A stretch of 64,000 nucleotides of DNA from Candidatus Peregrinibacteria bacterium CG10_big_fil_rev_8_21_14_0_10_55_24 (GCA_002772745.1 PFDV01000008.1:21828-85827); one strand, 5' to 3'; counted from the first letter of the stretch, positions 54,387 to 63,047 are shown. Notes: generated from the letters alone by a model not told the origin. Numbers and translations: made by a program.

Positions 54387-55016
54387 ATGGCTCTCCTTCG
54401 CGTCAGTCCCACCCGTATGGTCCTCATGGACCTCAAGCGCCGCACCAAGTCGGCGCAGCGAGGCCATAAGCTGCTCAAGGACAAACAGGACGGGCTCATG
54501 CAGCAATTCATGAGTATCATCCGTACGGCAAAGGATGTAAGAGAAAAAGTGGAAACGCAGGTAGGTGAAGCATTTCGCGCCTTCCTCATGGCTTCGGTCT
54601 GGCTGACAGACACGGAGCTTAAAAACGCGCTTGCCAGTCCCCAGGCAAAGATCCGCCTGCAGGTTCAGACAAAGAACGTGATGAGTGTTCGCATTCCACT
54701 GTTCACCATCGAAAAGGAGGGCAACCCGCTGAGCTATGGTTTTTCGGGTACGAATGCTCTGCTCGACCACGCTATCCGGGCGTTTGACGAACTCTTCACC
54801 GTACTCATCGAACTCGCACAAATCGAGAAACAGGCGGAGAGCATGGCTATCGAGCTCGAGACGACCCGCAGACGCGTAAATGCGCTGGAACATAAGATGA
54901 TCCCCGACCTCAAGGAAACGGTGAAGTACATCACCATGAAACTCGGCGAAGCCGAACGCGCCGGCATCATCGCCACCATGCGGATCAAGGCAAGCCTGGA
55001 GAAGCAGGAAAAGTAG
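54387..55016 (+). CDS. ntpD: V-type ATPase subunit D (central stalk)
   Basis: VSPTRMVLMDLKRRTKSAQRGHKLLKDKQD and RRVNALEHKMIP are canonical subunit D motifs. Confidence 0.9.
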   Translation: MALLRVSPTRMVLMDLKRRTKSAQRGHKLLKDKQDGLMQQFMSIIRTAKDVREKVETQVGEAFRAFLMASVWLTDTELKNALASPQAKIRLQVQTKNVMSVRIPLFTIEKEGNPLSYGFSGTNALLDHAIRAFDELFTVLIELAQIEKQAESMAIELETTRRRVNALEHKMIPDLKETVKYITMKLGEAERAGIIATMRIKASLEKQEK

Positions 55017-55062
55017 TGTGGTGTGGATTTACGGAGACAACTTCGAGTAGCATGGAGTCGCT

Positions 55063-55512
55063 ATGGATAGCATCCTTACTGTGCTCTGGGGACTCAAAAC
55101 ACAAGCGATCTTCGACGTGTGGACCATTGAACATGTCCTGAGTGGCATCTCCGTCGGACGCGCAGTGAAGAAGCGCAACCACAATGTGCTCAAGAAGATT
55201 CTTTGCAAAGATCATGCGCTCCACTCATGGTACTTCGCCATGACAGGAGTGCTGTTTTTGGCGTACTGCTGGGAAACAATCGAACATTACCTAGAGACTG
55301 GCCTCGCTGGTTTTACCGTACAGTACTGGTTCCAGGGGGTGGAATTCTGGGCCAACAGGATTATTGCCGATCCTCTCATGCTCATCATCGGATATGCAAT
55401 CGCGAACCGGTGGCCGCGCACAGTGATCCCCGCTCGATTGGGATCGCTCACCTGGCTCTTGGTACATATATTCATCTTCCCCCACAGCATGTACCTGCAC
55501 ATGCTCTTCTAG
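55063..55512 (+). CDS. Small polytopic membrane protein (149 aa)
   Basis: Track ORF with four hydrophobic segments. It follows the V-ATPase operon. Confidence 0.5.
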   Translation: MDSILTVLWGLKTQAIFDVWTIEHVLSGISVGRAVKKRNHNVLKKILCKDHALHSWYFAMTGVLFLAYCWETIEHYLETGLAGFTVQYWFQGVEFWANRIIADPLMLIIGYAIANRWPRTVIPARLGSLTWLLVHIFIFPHSMYLHMLF

Positions 55513-55868
55513 GCACGATTGCCCGTTATGCCTGTCGTCTCCACAACTTTGTTGAAGACCGCAGGCTCGTGAATGGCAAGCTCGGAGAGCGTCTGGCGAT
55601 CGAGAGTGATGTTCTTTGCCTTCAGAGCGGCAACAAAACGACTGTAGGGAACTCCTCGTTCGCGCATCGCGGCATTCAGACGCGTAATCCACAGTGCTCT
55701 AAAGAGCCGCTTCTTGCGACGCCGATCGCGGTAGGCGTGCTGACCGGCCTTCATCACGGTCTCGTTCGCCTTGACGAAGGTTGTCCGGTTCATGCCGCTA
55801 AATCCCTTGGCAAGCTTGCGGATTTTTGAATGCCGGCGGTGACGGACTATGCCGCGCTTAACGCGCAT
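55509..55868 (-). CDS. rplT: 50S ribosomal protein L20
   Basis: MRVKRGIVRHRRHSKIRKLAKGF...AYRDRRRKKR...WITRLNAA. Confidence 0.95.
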   Translation of the reverse strand: MRVKRGIVRHRRHSKIRKLAKGFSGMNRTTFVKANETVMKAGQHAYRDRRRKKRLFRALWITRLNAAMRERGVPYSRFVAALKAKNITLDRQTLSELAIHEPAVFNKVVETTGITGNRA

Positions 55869-55883
55869 GAACGAGGGGGAAAA

Positions 55884-56078
55884 TCAAAGGTAAGGGAGAA
55901 GCGTTTCAATGGATCTGCGCTCGGTCGCCGAAGGGAGAAGCGTTCGATTGAGTTTCTTCTGGCGCTTGCTCTTCTGCAGGAGCAGATGATTGCGCCCGGC
56001 GCGCCGCACAGCCAGACGACCGGATCCGGTACGACGGACCCGCTTTTTGGCACCGCTGTGGGACTTGAGCTTCGGCAT
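55884..56078 (-). CDS. rpmI: 50S ribosomal protein L35
   Basis: [22 protein letters not shown]... Confidence 0.9.
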   Translation of the reverse strand: MPKLKSHSGAKKRVRRTGSGRLAVRRAGRNHLLLQKSKRQKKLNRTLLPSATERRSIETLLPYL

Positions 56079-56139
56079 GATTAGCGCAAAGGAAAGCCTG
56101 CAAGAGGCAGACGCTGCAGTATAGCCAGTTTCCCCCGAG

Positions 56140-56169
56140 AGGCAAAAGAAAAAGGAGGAAATTCCTCCT
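56140..56169 (-). terminator. Intrinsic terminator or attenuator hairpin right after the infC stop, upstream of rpmI
   Basis: Minus strand reads AGGAGG-AATTT-CCTCCT followed by TTTTCTTTT. Confidence 0.5.
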
Positions 56170-56170
56170 C

Positions 56171-56761
56171 CTATTCCGACTTCTTTTCCGCTCCCCCTCG
56201 TTTGCCCCGGAGAATCACGATGAATTGGTTGCCCTGCGGTTTGATCTCACGCTCAACCTCGCAACAGTCTGCCAGCTCCTGCACAATACCATTGAGCTTT
56301 TGGCGTGCGTACCCCTTGTTCGTCATCTCTCTGCCGCGCAGGCGCACGACGAACTTGACCATATGCCGTTCAGCGAAAAACTCTCGCGCCCGATCCGTCA
56401 GGCGCTCGATATCATGCTTGTCTGTGCGGAATCCAAAGCGCAATGTCTTCACTTCTGTTTGCTTGGTATGGGCACGCTGCTTGCGCTCCTTCTTTTGAAT
56501 TTGGTAGAGGTACTGGCCGAATTCCCCGATCTTCACCACGGGAGGATTAGCCTTCGGAGACACTTCAATGAGATCGAGTTCTTCTTGCTGGGCGCGCACA
56601 AGTGCCTCCGCAAGAGAGAGTTGTTCCGCTTTACCGTCCTCAGAAACAAGCAGCACCTCTTGGGCGCGAATCTGCTCATTAATCCGTGGACGTCGTTCCT
56701 TCTTCTGGTAACCCAGATACGTGCGTCGTTTTTGCAGGGGAAAAGTGGGGGAAAGGGAAAT
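56171..56761 (-). CDS. infC: Translation initiation factor IF-3 (non-AUG start: ATT 56761 or CTG 56737)
   Basis: [18 protein letters not shown]...[25 protein letters not shown]...[11 protein letters not shown]...[10 protein letters not shown]. There is no in-frame ATG, GTG or TTG near the conserved N-terminus. The track's Met at 56911 would add about 50 implausible residues. Confidence 0.85.
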   Translation of the reverse strand: MSLSPTFPLQKRRTYLGYQKKERRPRINEQIRAQEVLLVSEDGKAEQLSLAEALVRAQQEELDLIEVSPKANPPVVKIGEFGQYLYQIQKKERKQRAHTKQTEVKTLRFGFRTDKHDIERLTDRAREFFAERHMVKFVVRLRGREMTNKGYARQKLNGIVQELADCCEVEREIKPQGNQFIVILRGKRGGAEKKSE

Positions 56762-56861
56762 TGAGTAGATGGTAGAACGAGCCCCATACGCATGACAAGA
56801 GACAACCAAAAGTATCTGGAACAATTCCCCCATCCATGGACTCCTGATTGTTGACTGCTGA

Positions 56862-57743
56862 TCACTCTGTGTATTCCCGTCCCCACAGGAACACGGTGAG
56901 CTCCGCTGCATACCATCCCGGTGCCTGCCCTTGGGTAAGTCGAACGTGTTCCACGGTCAAGAATTGCTGAGGCCAGATGTTGCGCTCCAGGAGCACTTGC
57001 CCCAGATCTCCCCCCAGTAAACGCCGTGCATCACGCAGGAGGGAAGACTGCAGAGTTGTTTGCAGTGCGCTCGAAAACGTCGGGCTCACAAAAGAGCGCC
57101 GCAGCTGCTCCTCTGTGGATCGCGGATCGAGCGCATAACGAAGGAGATCCTGCGAAAGAAATTGTTCCAGTGCAACAATACCTGCGGGGTTTTCCTCTTC
57201 GGAGCCCAGGAAGAGCAGGGCAATATCATCGCTGGTGAGTGCGTCTCCCACTGTGAGAAGACCGAGGAGATCCACCATGCGCAAAAGTGTCTCGAGTCCC
57301 TCAGTAGAAAGAGATGTTTTTAACGTGAGCGGGAATGCGGCGAGTCCGTCTTCGTGCGCTACGGGAGATGTCTCGACGGCGATATCTTCAAACGGCGTTG
57401 CATAACCATGTGCGAAGAGTGCGTCCCCCACAAGATCAAAGAATGCGACTGCCCGATCAACGGCAGGATCACTGGGGAAAACGAAGACCTCCAGTTTTTC
57501 ACCGAGGGACCCCACGCTGACCGCGGATTGCAGTTGAGAAAGATCTACCTGTTCCTTGAGAACTTTCGAGCGTGTTTCCAGTGTGGTGATCTGTGCGACG
57601 AGAGGAAGCGAAACGTCGCGAACCTCACGAACAACCCGTGCATGCTCAATGAGCAGCATTCCCGAGAGCACAAGACATACGCCACCGCAGAGGAAACTCG
57701 CTATGAGCATAATCGGCCGTTGGAGGAGAACACGCAGAGTCAT
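56862..57743 (-). CDS. Membrane-anchored hypothetical protein (PilO-like architecture: transmembrane helix, coiled coil, C-terminal domain)
   Basis: 293 aa. Transmembrane helix IMLIASFLCGGVCLVLSGMLL followed by a coiled coil. ATGA overlap with the upstream PilN-like ORF. Confidence 0.4.
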   Translation of the reverse strand: MTLRVLLQRPIMLIASFLCGGVCLVLSGMLLIEHARVVREVRDVSLPLVAQITTLETRSKVLKEQVDLSQLQSAVSVGSLGEKLEVFVFPSDPAVDRAVAFFDLVGDALFAHGYATPFEDIAVETSPVAHEDGLAAFPLTLKTSLSTEGLETLLRMVDLLGLLTVGDALTSDDIALLFLGSEEENPAGIVALEQFLSQDLLRYALDPRSTEEQLRRSFVSPTFSSALQTTLQSSLLRDARRLLGGDLGQVLLERNIWPQQFLTVEHVRLTQGQAPGWYAAELTVFLWGREYTE

Positions 57744-58342
57744 TGTGCAAGAAAATCAAAATGGAATGGCGAGACGGTTTCCCCGTTTCCTGTGGATTCC
57801 CGGGTAAAACGAGGCATGGAAAGCTCCGAAACATGCGGCGAACGCTTGAGAGTGTCTACGAATTGCGCAAGCACCGTCATGCTCCGTGCTCCCACGCCCT
57901 CAACAGTGCCATCCAGAATCATGCGGCCATCATCGGCCGTATAGGAAACACGTGTAAGGCGAATGGCATCGGGCTGGTCGGGAACTGTCCCATTCGCCGC
58001 ATCCAGAACAAGCGTGCGCAGCGCCAAGAACGTCGGACGAGCGAACTTTCTGGCTTTGGCCCGGGCATACATGCCATCATGAAGCGGGGTCACCAGTGCG
58101 GCACGTTGCTGTTCCATGGCAACAACATTCGCCTGAAGATTCTTGAGTGATGCTCGAAGCTCCAAAGCACTGCGCTCCTCTCCAAGAATGGTTACCTGCG
58201 TCAGTTGTGGCAGGAGAAGCGCAGCAGAGAGACCTAGTAAACTCAGCAGTACTGCACTGAAGAGGAGAAATGGCAGCGCAACACGTTGGAACACTGCACT
58301 GAGACGCGGGGATGCCGGAAATTGGAGAGCCGAATATGTCAT
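57740..58342 (-). CDS. Membrane-anchored PilN-like protein
   Basis: 200 aa. Transmembrane helix LPFLLFSAVLLSLLGLSAALLL, a coiled coil, then RLTRVSYTADDGRMILDGTVEG...MTVLAQFVDTLK...FHFDF, which resembles the PilN fold pattern. Confidence 0.4.
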   Translation of the reverse strand: MTYSALQFPASPRLSAVFQRVALPFLLFSAVLLSLLGLSAALLLPQLTQVTILGEERSALELRASLKNLQANVVAMEQQRAALVTPLHDGMYARAKARKFARPTFLALRTLVLDAANGTVPDQPDAIRLTRVSYTADDGRMILDGTVEGVGARSMTVLAQFVDTLKRSPHVSELSMPRFTRESTGNGETVSPFHFDFLAQ

Positions 58343-58473
58343 TGCGTTTTCCTCATATTATAGCGGAATTCTTCGCAGTGAACCACGCAGGAGTATTTGT
58401 CTTTTTTTAAAGAAGTGTTGTATTCATCAATACGTTCCTGTTCTCATCCGGGAGCGAAAGAGCTACCCTCTCC

Positions 58474-59584
58474 ATGCATCCTCCTCCCTTCTCCGTGGAA
58501 GAACTCCTGCAAAAACTTCGGGAATTGAGTTCCGCCGTCAACACGGGGAAGGACTCTCTTTGAGGCACGTGGAGTCCCAAAGCGCATTGCGGAGCTTGAA
58601 AAGCGATCTCAAGCCCCCGATATCTGGAACGATCAACGAGCAGCGAATGCTCTTTTTGCAGAACTCAGAGGATTCAAGAAGCAATGGGAACCTGTGGAGA
58701 GCCTCACAGAGGAAGTACAAAGCCTGTTAGAGCTAACAGAGCAGGCCAAACCGGAAGACGAACCGAGTTTGGCGGAGGAAGCACAGAAACTTGCAGAGCA
58801 GTGGGAGAAACTGGAGACGCAGCTCTACCTCGCAGGGGAATTCGATATGCAACATTGCTACCTGACGATCAGCGCAGGTGCTGGCGGCACAGAAGCACAG
58901 GACTGGTCGCAAATGCTCCTGAGGATGTACACGCGCTACTGCGAGCGCCAGGGATGGAAAACTGACATTCTGGAGAAGACCGACGGTCAGGAGGCCGGCA
59001 TCAAATCCGTGACGCTCTACATCGCAGGATCACCGGCATACGGATACCTCAAGTGCGAGCGTGGAACGCACCGCCTAGTACGCCTTTCGCCCTTCAATGC
59101 GAAGAACCTGAGACAGACGAGCTTCGCGCTCGTGGAGGTACTGCCGGAGATTCCGCAGACGGCAGAGGTGGAGGTTGACGACAAAGACTTGCGCATAGAT
59201 ACCTACCGTTCCAGCGGCGCGGGAGGGCAGCACGTGAACAAGACCGACAGCGCCGTGCGCATCACCCATCTGCCCTCGGGAATAGTCGTGGCCTGTCAGA
59301 ATGAGCGCAGCCAACAGCAGAACCGCGCTCAGGCCATGAACATGCTGCGTGCGAAATTGCTGGAGCGCGAACGCGAGGAGGAGGCCAAAAAAAAGAGCTC
59401 ACTGAAAGGAGCCACAAAGAGCGCGGATTTCGGACAGCAGATCAGGAGCTATGTTCTCCACCCGTATCAGATGGTAAAGGACTTGCGGACCGACGTGGAG
59501 ACGAGCGATACGACAGGCGTACTGGATGGGGATTTGCAGGAGTTCATCGATGCGCAGCTGAAAAGCCTCGCAAAGGGCAACTAG
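58474..59584 (+). CDS. prfB: Peptide chain release factor 2, requiring the programmed +1 frameshift at CTT TGA G (join 58474..58560, 58562..59584)
   Basis: Frame 0 reads MHPPPFSVEELLQKLRELSSAVNTGKDSL then TGA (58561..58563). The +1 frame continues EARGVPKRIAELEKRSQAPDIWNDQ...SPF...GAGGQHVNKTDSAVRITHLPSG. An SD-like GGGG lies upstream of the slippery CTT. Confidence 0.9.
58544..58563 (+). promoter_or_regulatory. prfB programmed +1 frameshift site (SD-like GGGG, slippery CTT, in-frame TGA)
   Basis: Reads ACG GGG AAG GAC TCT CTT TGA G. Compare E. coli AGG GGG TAT CTT TGA C. Confidence 0.85.
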
Positions 59585-59604
59585 TAGTGGCAAACTAGAC
59601 CCCT

Positions 59605-61254
59605 TTGCCTATGCGCTACTCGCCAGAAACTACCGAGAACGGACATACATGGGCCTGGGACGAGACGTTGAATGAACAGGAGAACGCCCAAGAGTTCATA
59701 CGATACCGCAAGGAGGAACTCTTAACATCCCCACGAGGTCCAAAGTATAGGAAGTTCTTCCGTAACATGGCCATATTGAACCGGGTCATGACTATGGGAA
59801 TGCCAGATGGAGAAACTCGGAGAGCATTCCTAGGGCTCTTCTACGCCATCATGCGAGAGGAAGACGACATTGGCGATGGCGATAGACCACTGCCAGAAGG
59901 CGCCACGTCTGCTGCAGAGTTCCTGAAGAACGATATTGTTTTTGTGCACACATCCTGGCACGAGGAAACTCAACAAGAACCCAAAACACATACGCAACGC
60001 CTCCTTGCTCACTGTCTCGCATTGGCTGAGGAGTTTGGGGAAGATTTTCGCGGGGAGGCAATCTCCATCATCTCTTCTATCCTCTTCGATGCAGAACGAC
60101 GTCGGCAGCGAATGCTCTATCCTCAGAGAGAACTGGATGAGAACTACGATATGTTGGATGTCGTCGGCACAGTGCGCGGATGTTTAAAGGTCGCCAAGGA
60201 ACCTCTAAGTAACGAACCACACCTACGAAACCTCGCACAAGCCGTACGCATCCAGTACACCCTCCGCGATTTTGTCGCGGATATTGAGGCAAACCTGGTA
60301 AATATTTCACAAGAAGATGCTCAGCGCTTCGGCATCGTGCCCGCTGATCTGGACGAAGGATTGGCGCATCCAGGTATCCGGGCATGGTACGAGGAACAAC
60401 TCGCATGCGGCCTCAATCTCCTTGATCGCCACAGAACAAACGTTCACTCGCTTGGGCTCAAGACCACTACACAAATCACTCTGTGGATCGGGTATGAGCG
60501 AGAAGCGCGGGAGTTTTTCCTGAAGGAATTAAACCGGATCAATGGCATGCATGTTTCTGCCTTGAACCGCACTGCAATCCGCACTCCCGTTGCCATGATT
60601 CAAACAATGACACAGGCACGGATCTACGCAATGCAGCATGGGAAAGCACTCGGTCTACAACCAGAAGAGCGGAGAACGTTTGCCGGTAAGGTTACGAATC
60701 TCGCACTCTGTTACAGAGGCCTGGTGCCAAAACAGTCCTTCCAAACAACGCACAGAGCTACGCAGGCAGCACTCGCTTCAGCAGCGTATGACGTGGCAAC
60801 GGACTGGAAAGGATTTGCCCCGACGTCGATAGAAGAACTCCTGCGCATCGTCAACACTGCACCACCTGAAGCACAGAAGATTGTCGTGGATCTCCTAGAG
60901 AAGGACCACCAGAACACCCTGGCACATGACGGATTGGAACGCGGAACAATGGCGCTGGAGTACATCGCAATGGTCATGGGTATCCGCGAAGATCTTACAA
61001 AGACAAACATCCCACTCAATGCGCTTGGGGAACTCCTGCAAATCGCCGACGATGTCATGGACCTTGAAGAAGACACTGATGCTCACCAAACAAACTGCCT
61101 GCTCACACCAAGGAGAACCTCGCATCTCCAACGTTTTGTTGATGCGAACCTACACCAGCTTTTCTCGCCGAAGACCGTCCTGGGACAAGTGCTAGTACAA
61201 ACACGACTCAAGGCACTCGTCCTGTTACGCAAGGATGCTCTAGAACAACACTGA
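59605..61254 (+). CDS. Two-part class-1 isoprenoid-synthase-fold protein (squalene/phytoene-synthase-like N-terminal half; DDxxD-like motif in the C-terminal half)
   Basis: FYAIMREEDDIGDGD resembles the SQS/PSY motif YAFCRxxDDIVD. VRIQYTLRDFVADIEANLVNISQEDAQRFGI resembles the second SQS/PSY motif. The C-terminal LLQIADDVMDLEEDTD resembles the polyprenyl synthase FQIxDDxLD. Confidence 0.4.
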   Translation: MPMRYSPETTENGHTWAWDETLNEQENAQEFIRYRKEELLTSPRGPKYRKFFRNMAILNRVMTMGMPDGETRRAFLGLFYAIMREEDDIGDGDRPLPEGATSAAEFLKNDIVFVHTSWHEETQQEPKTHTQRLLAHCLALAEEFGEDFRGEAISIISSILFDAERRRQRMLYPQRELDENYDMLDVVGTVRGCLKVAKEPLSNEPHLRNLAQAVRIQYTLRDFVADIEANLVNISQEDAQRFGIVPADLDEGLAHPGIRAWYEEQLACGLNLLDRHRTNVHSLGLKTTTQITLWIGYEREAREFFLKELNRINGMHVSALNRTAIRTPVAMIQTMTQARIYAMQHGKALGLQPEERRTFAGKVTNLALCYRGLVPKQSFQTTHRATQAALASAAYDVATDWKGFAPTSIEELLRIVNTAPPEAQKIVVDLLEKDHQNTLAHDGLERGTMALEYIAMVMGIREDLTKTNIPLNALGELLQIADDVMDLEEDTDAHQTNCLLTPRRTSHLQRFVDANLHQLFSPKTVLGQVLVQTRLKALVLLRKDALEQH

Positions 61255-61264
61255 CAACGAAAAA

Positions 61265-61290
61265 AGGTGCCACCGGGCACCTCTTTCGGT
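61265..61290. terminator. Bidirectional intrinsic terminator between the convergent genes 59605..61254 and 61309..61479
   Basis: Stem AGGTGCC (61265..61271) pairs with GGCACCT (61276..61282), loop ACCG. An A-run lies upstream and CTTT...TT downstream. Confidence 0.6.
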
Positions 61291-61308
61291 TCGAGAGTAA
61301 TCCTTAAA

Positions 61309-61479
61309 CTAAAGGTCCTCGGGGCGAACGGTTTTGCGGCCATTGGCCTGAGCACGCTTCACGGCCTTCGTGAGGGCCTCCTCAAGCATCTTGCTCGCAG
61401 CATCGGACAGATCGCCAGAGGACATCATGTTCTTGGCCTTGATGAGGTCCTTGACCTTGGATGCAACAACGTAACTCAT
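61309..61479 (-). CDS. Small histone-fold-like protein (DUF1931-like), 56 aa
   Basis: MSYVVASKVKDLIKAKNMMSSGDLSDAASKMLEEALTKAVKRAQANGRKTVRPEDL. The ...RAxANGRKTV..EDL C-terminus is as I recall it for DUF1931. The upstream part of the track ORF is unlikely to be coding. Confidence 0.5.
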   Translation of the reverse strand: MSYVVASKVKDLIKAKNMMSSGDLSDAASKMLEEALTKAVKRAQANGRKTVRPEDL

Positions 61480-61704
61480 GGGGGTACGGGGGAATGAAGT
61501 AAAGTGCAGGGCGGATTCTACGCAGAGTAATTGCCCCCCTGCAAGCCCCTGAGAGAAAAATCTCAAGAGGAAGGAATCAGGATCGTCAATTGACAATTGA
61601 TAGGATAGAAGCAAAAAGACAGAAGACAGAGGAGAGACATACCTGGGAAAGGATCAGTACAAAATCTCTGTGGCAAGCAGAGCTCAGCCGTTACAATCTC
61701 CCGT

Positions 61705-61793
61705 GGAGGGATGGCTGAGTGGTCGAAAGCGCACGACTCGAAATCGTGTAGACCCTCTGGGTCTCGAGGGTTCGAATCCCTCTCCCTCCGCCA
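61705..61793 (+). tRNA. tRNA-Ser (anticodon CGA), class II with a long variable arm, CCA encoded
   Basis: Folded by hand. Acceptor GGAGGGA/TCCCTCC; anticodon stem CACGA/TCGTG with loop CTCGAAA; variable arm GACCC-TCT-GGGTC; T arm GAGGG-TTCGAAT-CCCTC; discriminator G plus CCA. Confidence 0.9.
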
Positions 61794-61898
61794 CAGTTGA
61801 ATTCGAGCTGAATCCAAGCCTCGCGTAGCGAGGCGAAGGATGAAGCCGAAGATCCTGTGTCCCCAGAACTCTCCAAAGGAGAGTGGAGGGGACAACAC

Positions 61899-62357
61899 AT
61901 GCATCCGCTACGTACAATCCTTCATACTATCCCTATGGACTTCCCCATTGAACTCCCACAGGAAGAGCTAACCCTGGCACGGGAGCTCTCTATTCGCCCT
62001 GAGGACATCGAGGAGCACTTCACCAGAGGGGGCGGCCCCGGCGGGCAGAAGATCAACAAGACGGCGAGCTGTGTGGAACTGACGCATCTTCCTACGAAAA
62101 TTGTTGTGCGTGTGCAGAAGCACCGCGAACAGAGCAGGAACAGGATCAGCGCCTACAAACTCCTCATCAGGAAGATTGAGGAGCGCATAAAAGGCGAGGA
62201 ATCTAAACACGCTCAAGAGCAGTTTAAGATCCGTAAACAGAAAGCCCGTCGGTCACGCAGGGGCAAGGAGAAAATGCTCAAGGAAAAACACAAGAGGAGC
62301 ACAATCAAAGACCAACGGGTGAAAAAACTCCATGAGTGGATGGAGGAAGAGCACTGA
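61899..62357 (+). CDS. arfB: ArfB/ICT1-like GGQ-domain peptidyl-tRNA hydrolase (alternative ribosome rescue factor)
   Basis: GGGPGGQKINKTASCVELTHLPTKIVVRVQKHREQSRNR (RF-1 domain) followed by a Lys/Arg-rich C-terminal tail. Confidence 0.7.
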   Translation: MHPLRTILHTIPMDFPIELPQEELTLARELSIRPEDIEEHFTRGGGPGGQKINKTASCVELTHLPTKIVVRVQKHREQSRNRISAYKLLIRKIEERIKGEESKHAQEQFKIRKQKARRSRRGKEKMLKEKHKRSTIKDQRVKKLHEWMEEEH

Positions 62358-62512
62358 AAAATTCTACAAAATTATTGCCCCTGGCGTGAAAGTGCATACA
62401 ATGCGCACCTTTAACCAATTCCTCACGCACAATAGGTATTCTCTATGACGGCGCATGTATCAACAGTGGTTGCAGCAAATTCAACGAACCGGTAGAGGAA
62501 TTCGCGCAGGGA

Positions 62513-62806
62513 GTGGAATCCGGCATGCTCATCGGCGCAGCGTGCAGCGAGTGTGGAAGCAGACTGCGGCGGCTCCTGAGTGCTCCTCGTGCACGAACTG
62601 CCAGAAAGAGTGCAAATAATGCGGCCCAATGCCCATGCTCACAAACCGTATCATCGAAAATCATCCGTGAAGCTGATGCCATCGCCCAGTCCATTGCAGA
62701 GAAAAACGGCGTCAAGCTCGTTTCCGCGTTCGGCTCCGCAGACAGCAGCAGCGGAAAAATACACAACATTGTTGTCTTCACAGAACCCGACCACACCAGA
62801 AACTAG
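62513..62806 (+). CDS. Hypothetical protein, possible zinc ribbon. The true start is probably upstream at a non-canonical codon.
   Basis: The track ORF starts at GTG 62513, but the frame is open from 62390 and encodes GACINSGCSKF...AACSECGSRL (a CxxxxC...CxxC pair) spanning that GTG. Confidence 0.4.
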   Translation: MESGMLIGAACSECGSRLRRLLSAPRARTARKSANNAAQCPCSQTVSSKIIREADAIAQSIAEKNGVKLVSAFGSADSSSGKIHNIVVFTEPDHTRN

Positions 62807-62826
62807 GAGGAATCTTCGATCGACAC

Positions 62827-63036
62827 CTACACCCTCTTCCCCTCCTGCAGACGCTTGGAGAGCGTGCGCAGGTACGCCGCAGAAACTTTCATTGTTTTAA
62901 AGGTGCCCGTGGCAGGATCCCAGACACGCTTCTTCTGCAGATTAGGACGAAACGTGCGGCGTGTGTGCCTCAGTGAGTGGCTGCGGGTATTCCCCACGGC
63001 GGTCTTTCTGCCGGTCTTGACGCACTTGCGTGCCAT
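62827..63036 (-). CDS. rpmB: 50S ribosomal protein L28
   Basis: [38 protein letters not shown]. Confidence 0.9.
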   Translation of the reverse strand: MARKCVKTGRKTAVGNTRSHSLRHTRRTFRPNLQKKRVWDPATGTFKTMKVSAAYLRTLSKRLQEGKRV

Positions 63037-63047
63037 AGAGCCTGCAG

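Noticed and set aside
61589-61697. Promoter calls upstream of tRNA-Ser (TTGACA at 61589; TACAAT at 61692)
   Set aside because: The TTGACA has no properly spaced -10 box. The TACAAT, 8 nt before the tRNA 5' end, has only a weak -35 (GTGGCA/TGGCAA). This is too uncertain to list as a feature.
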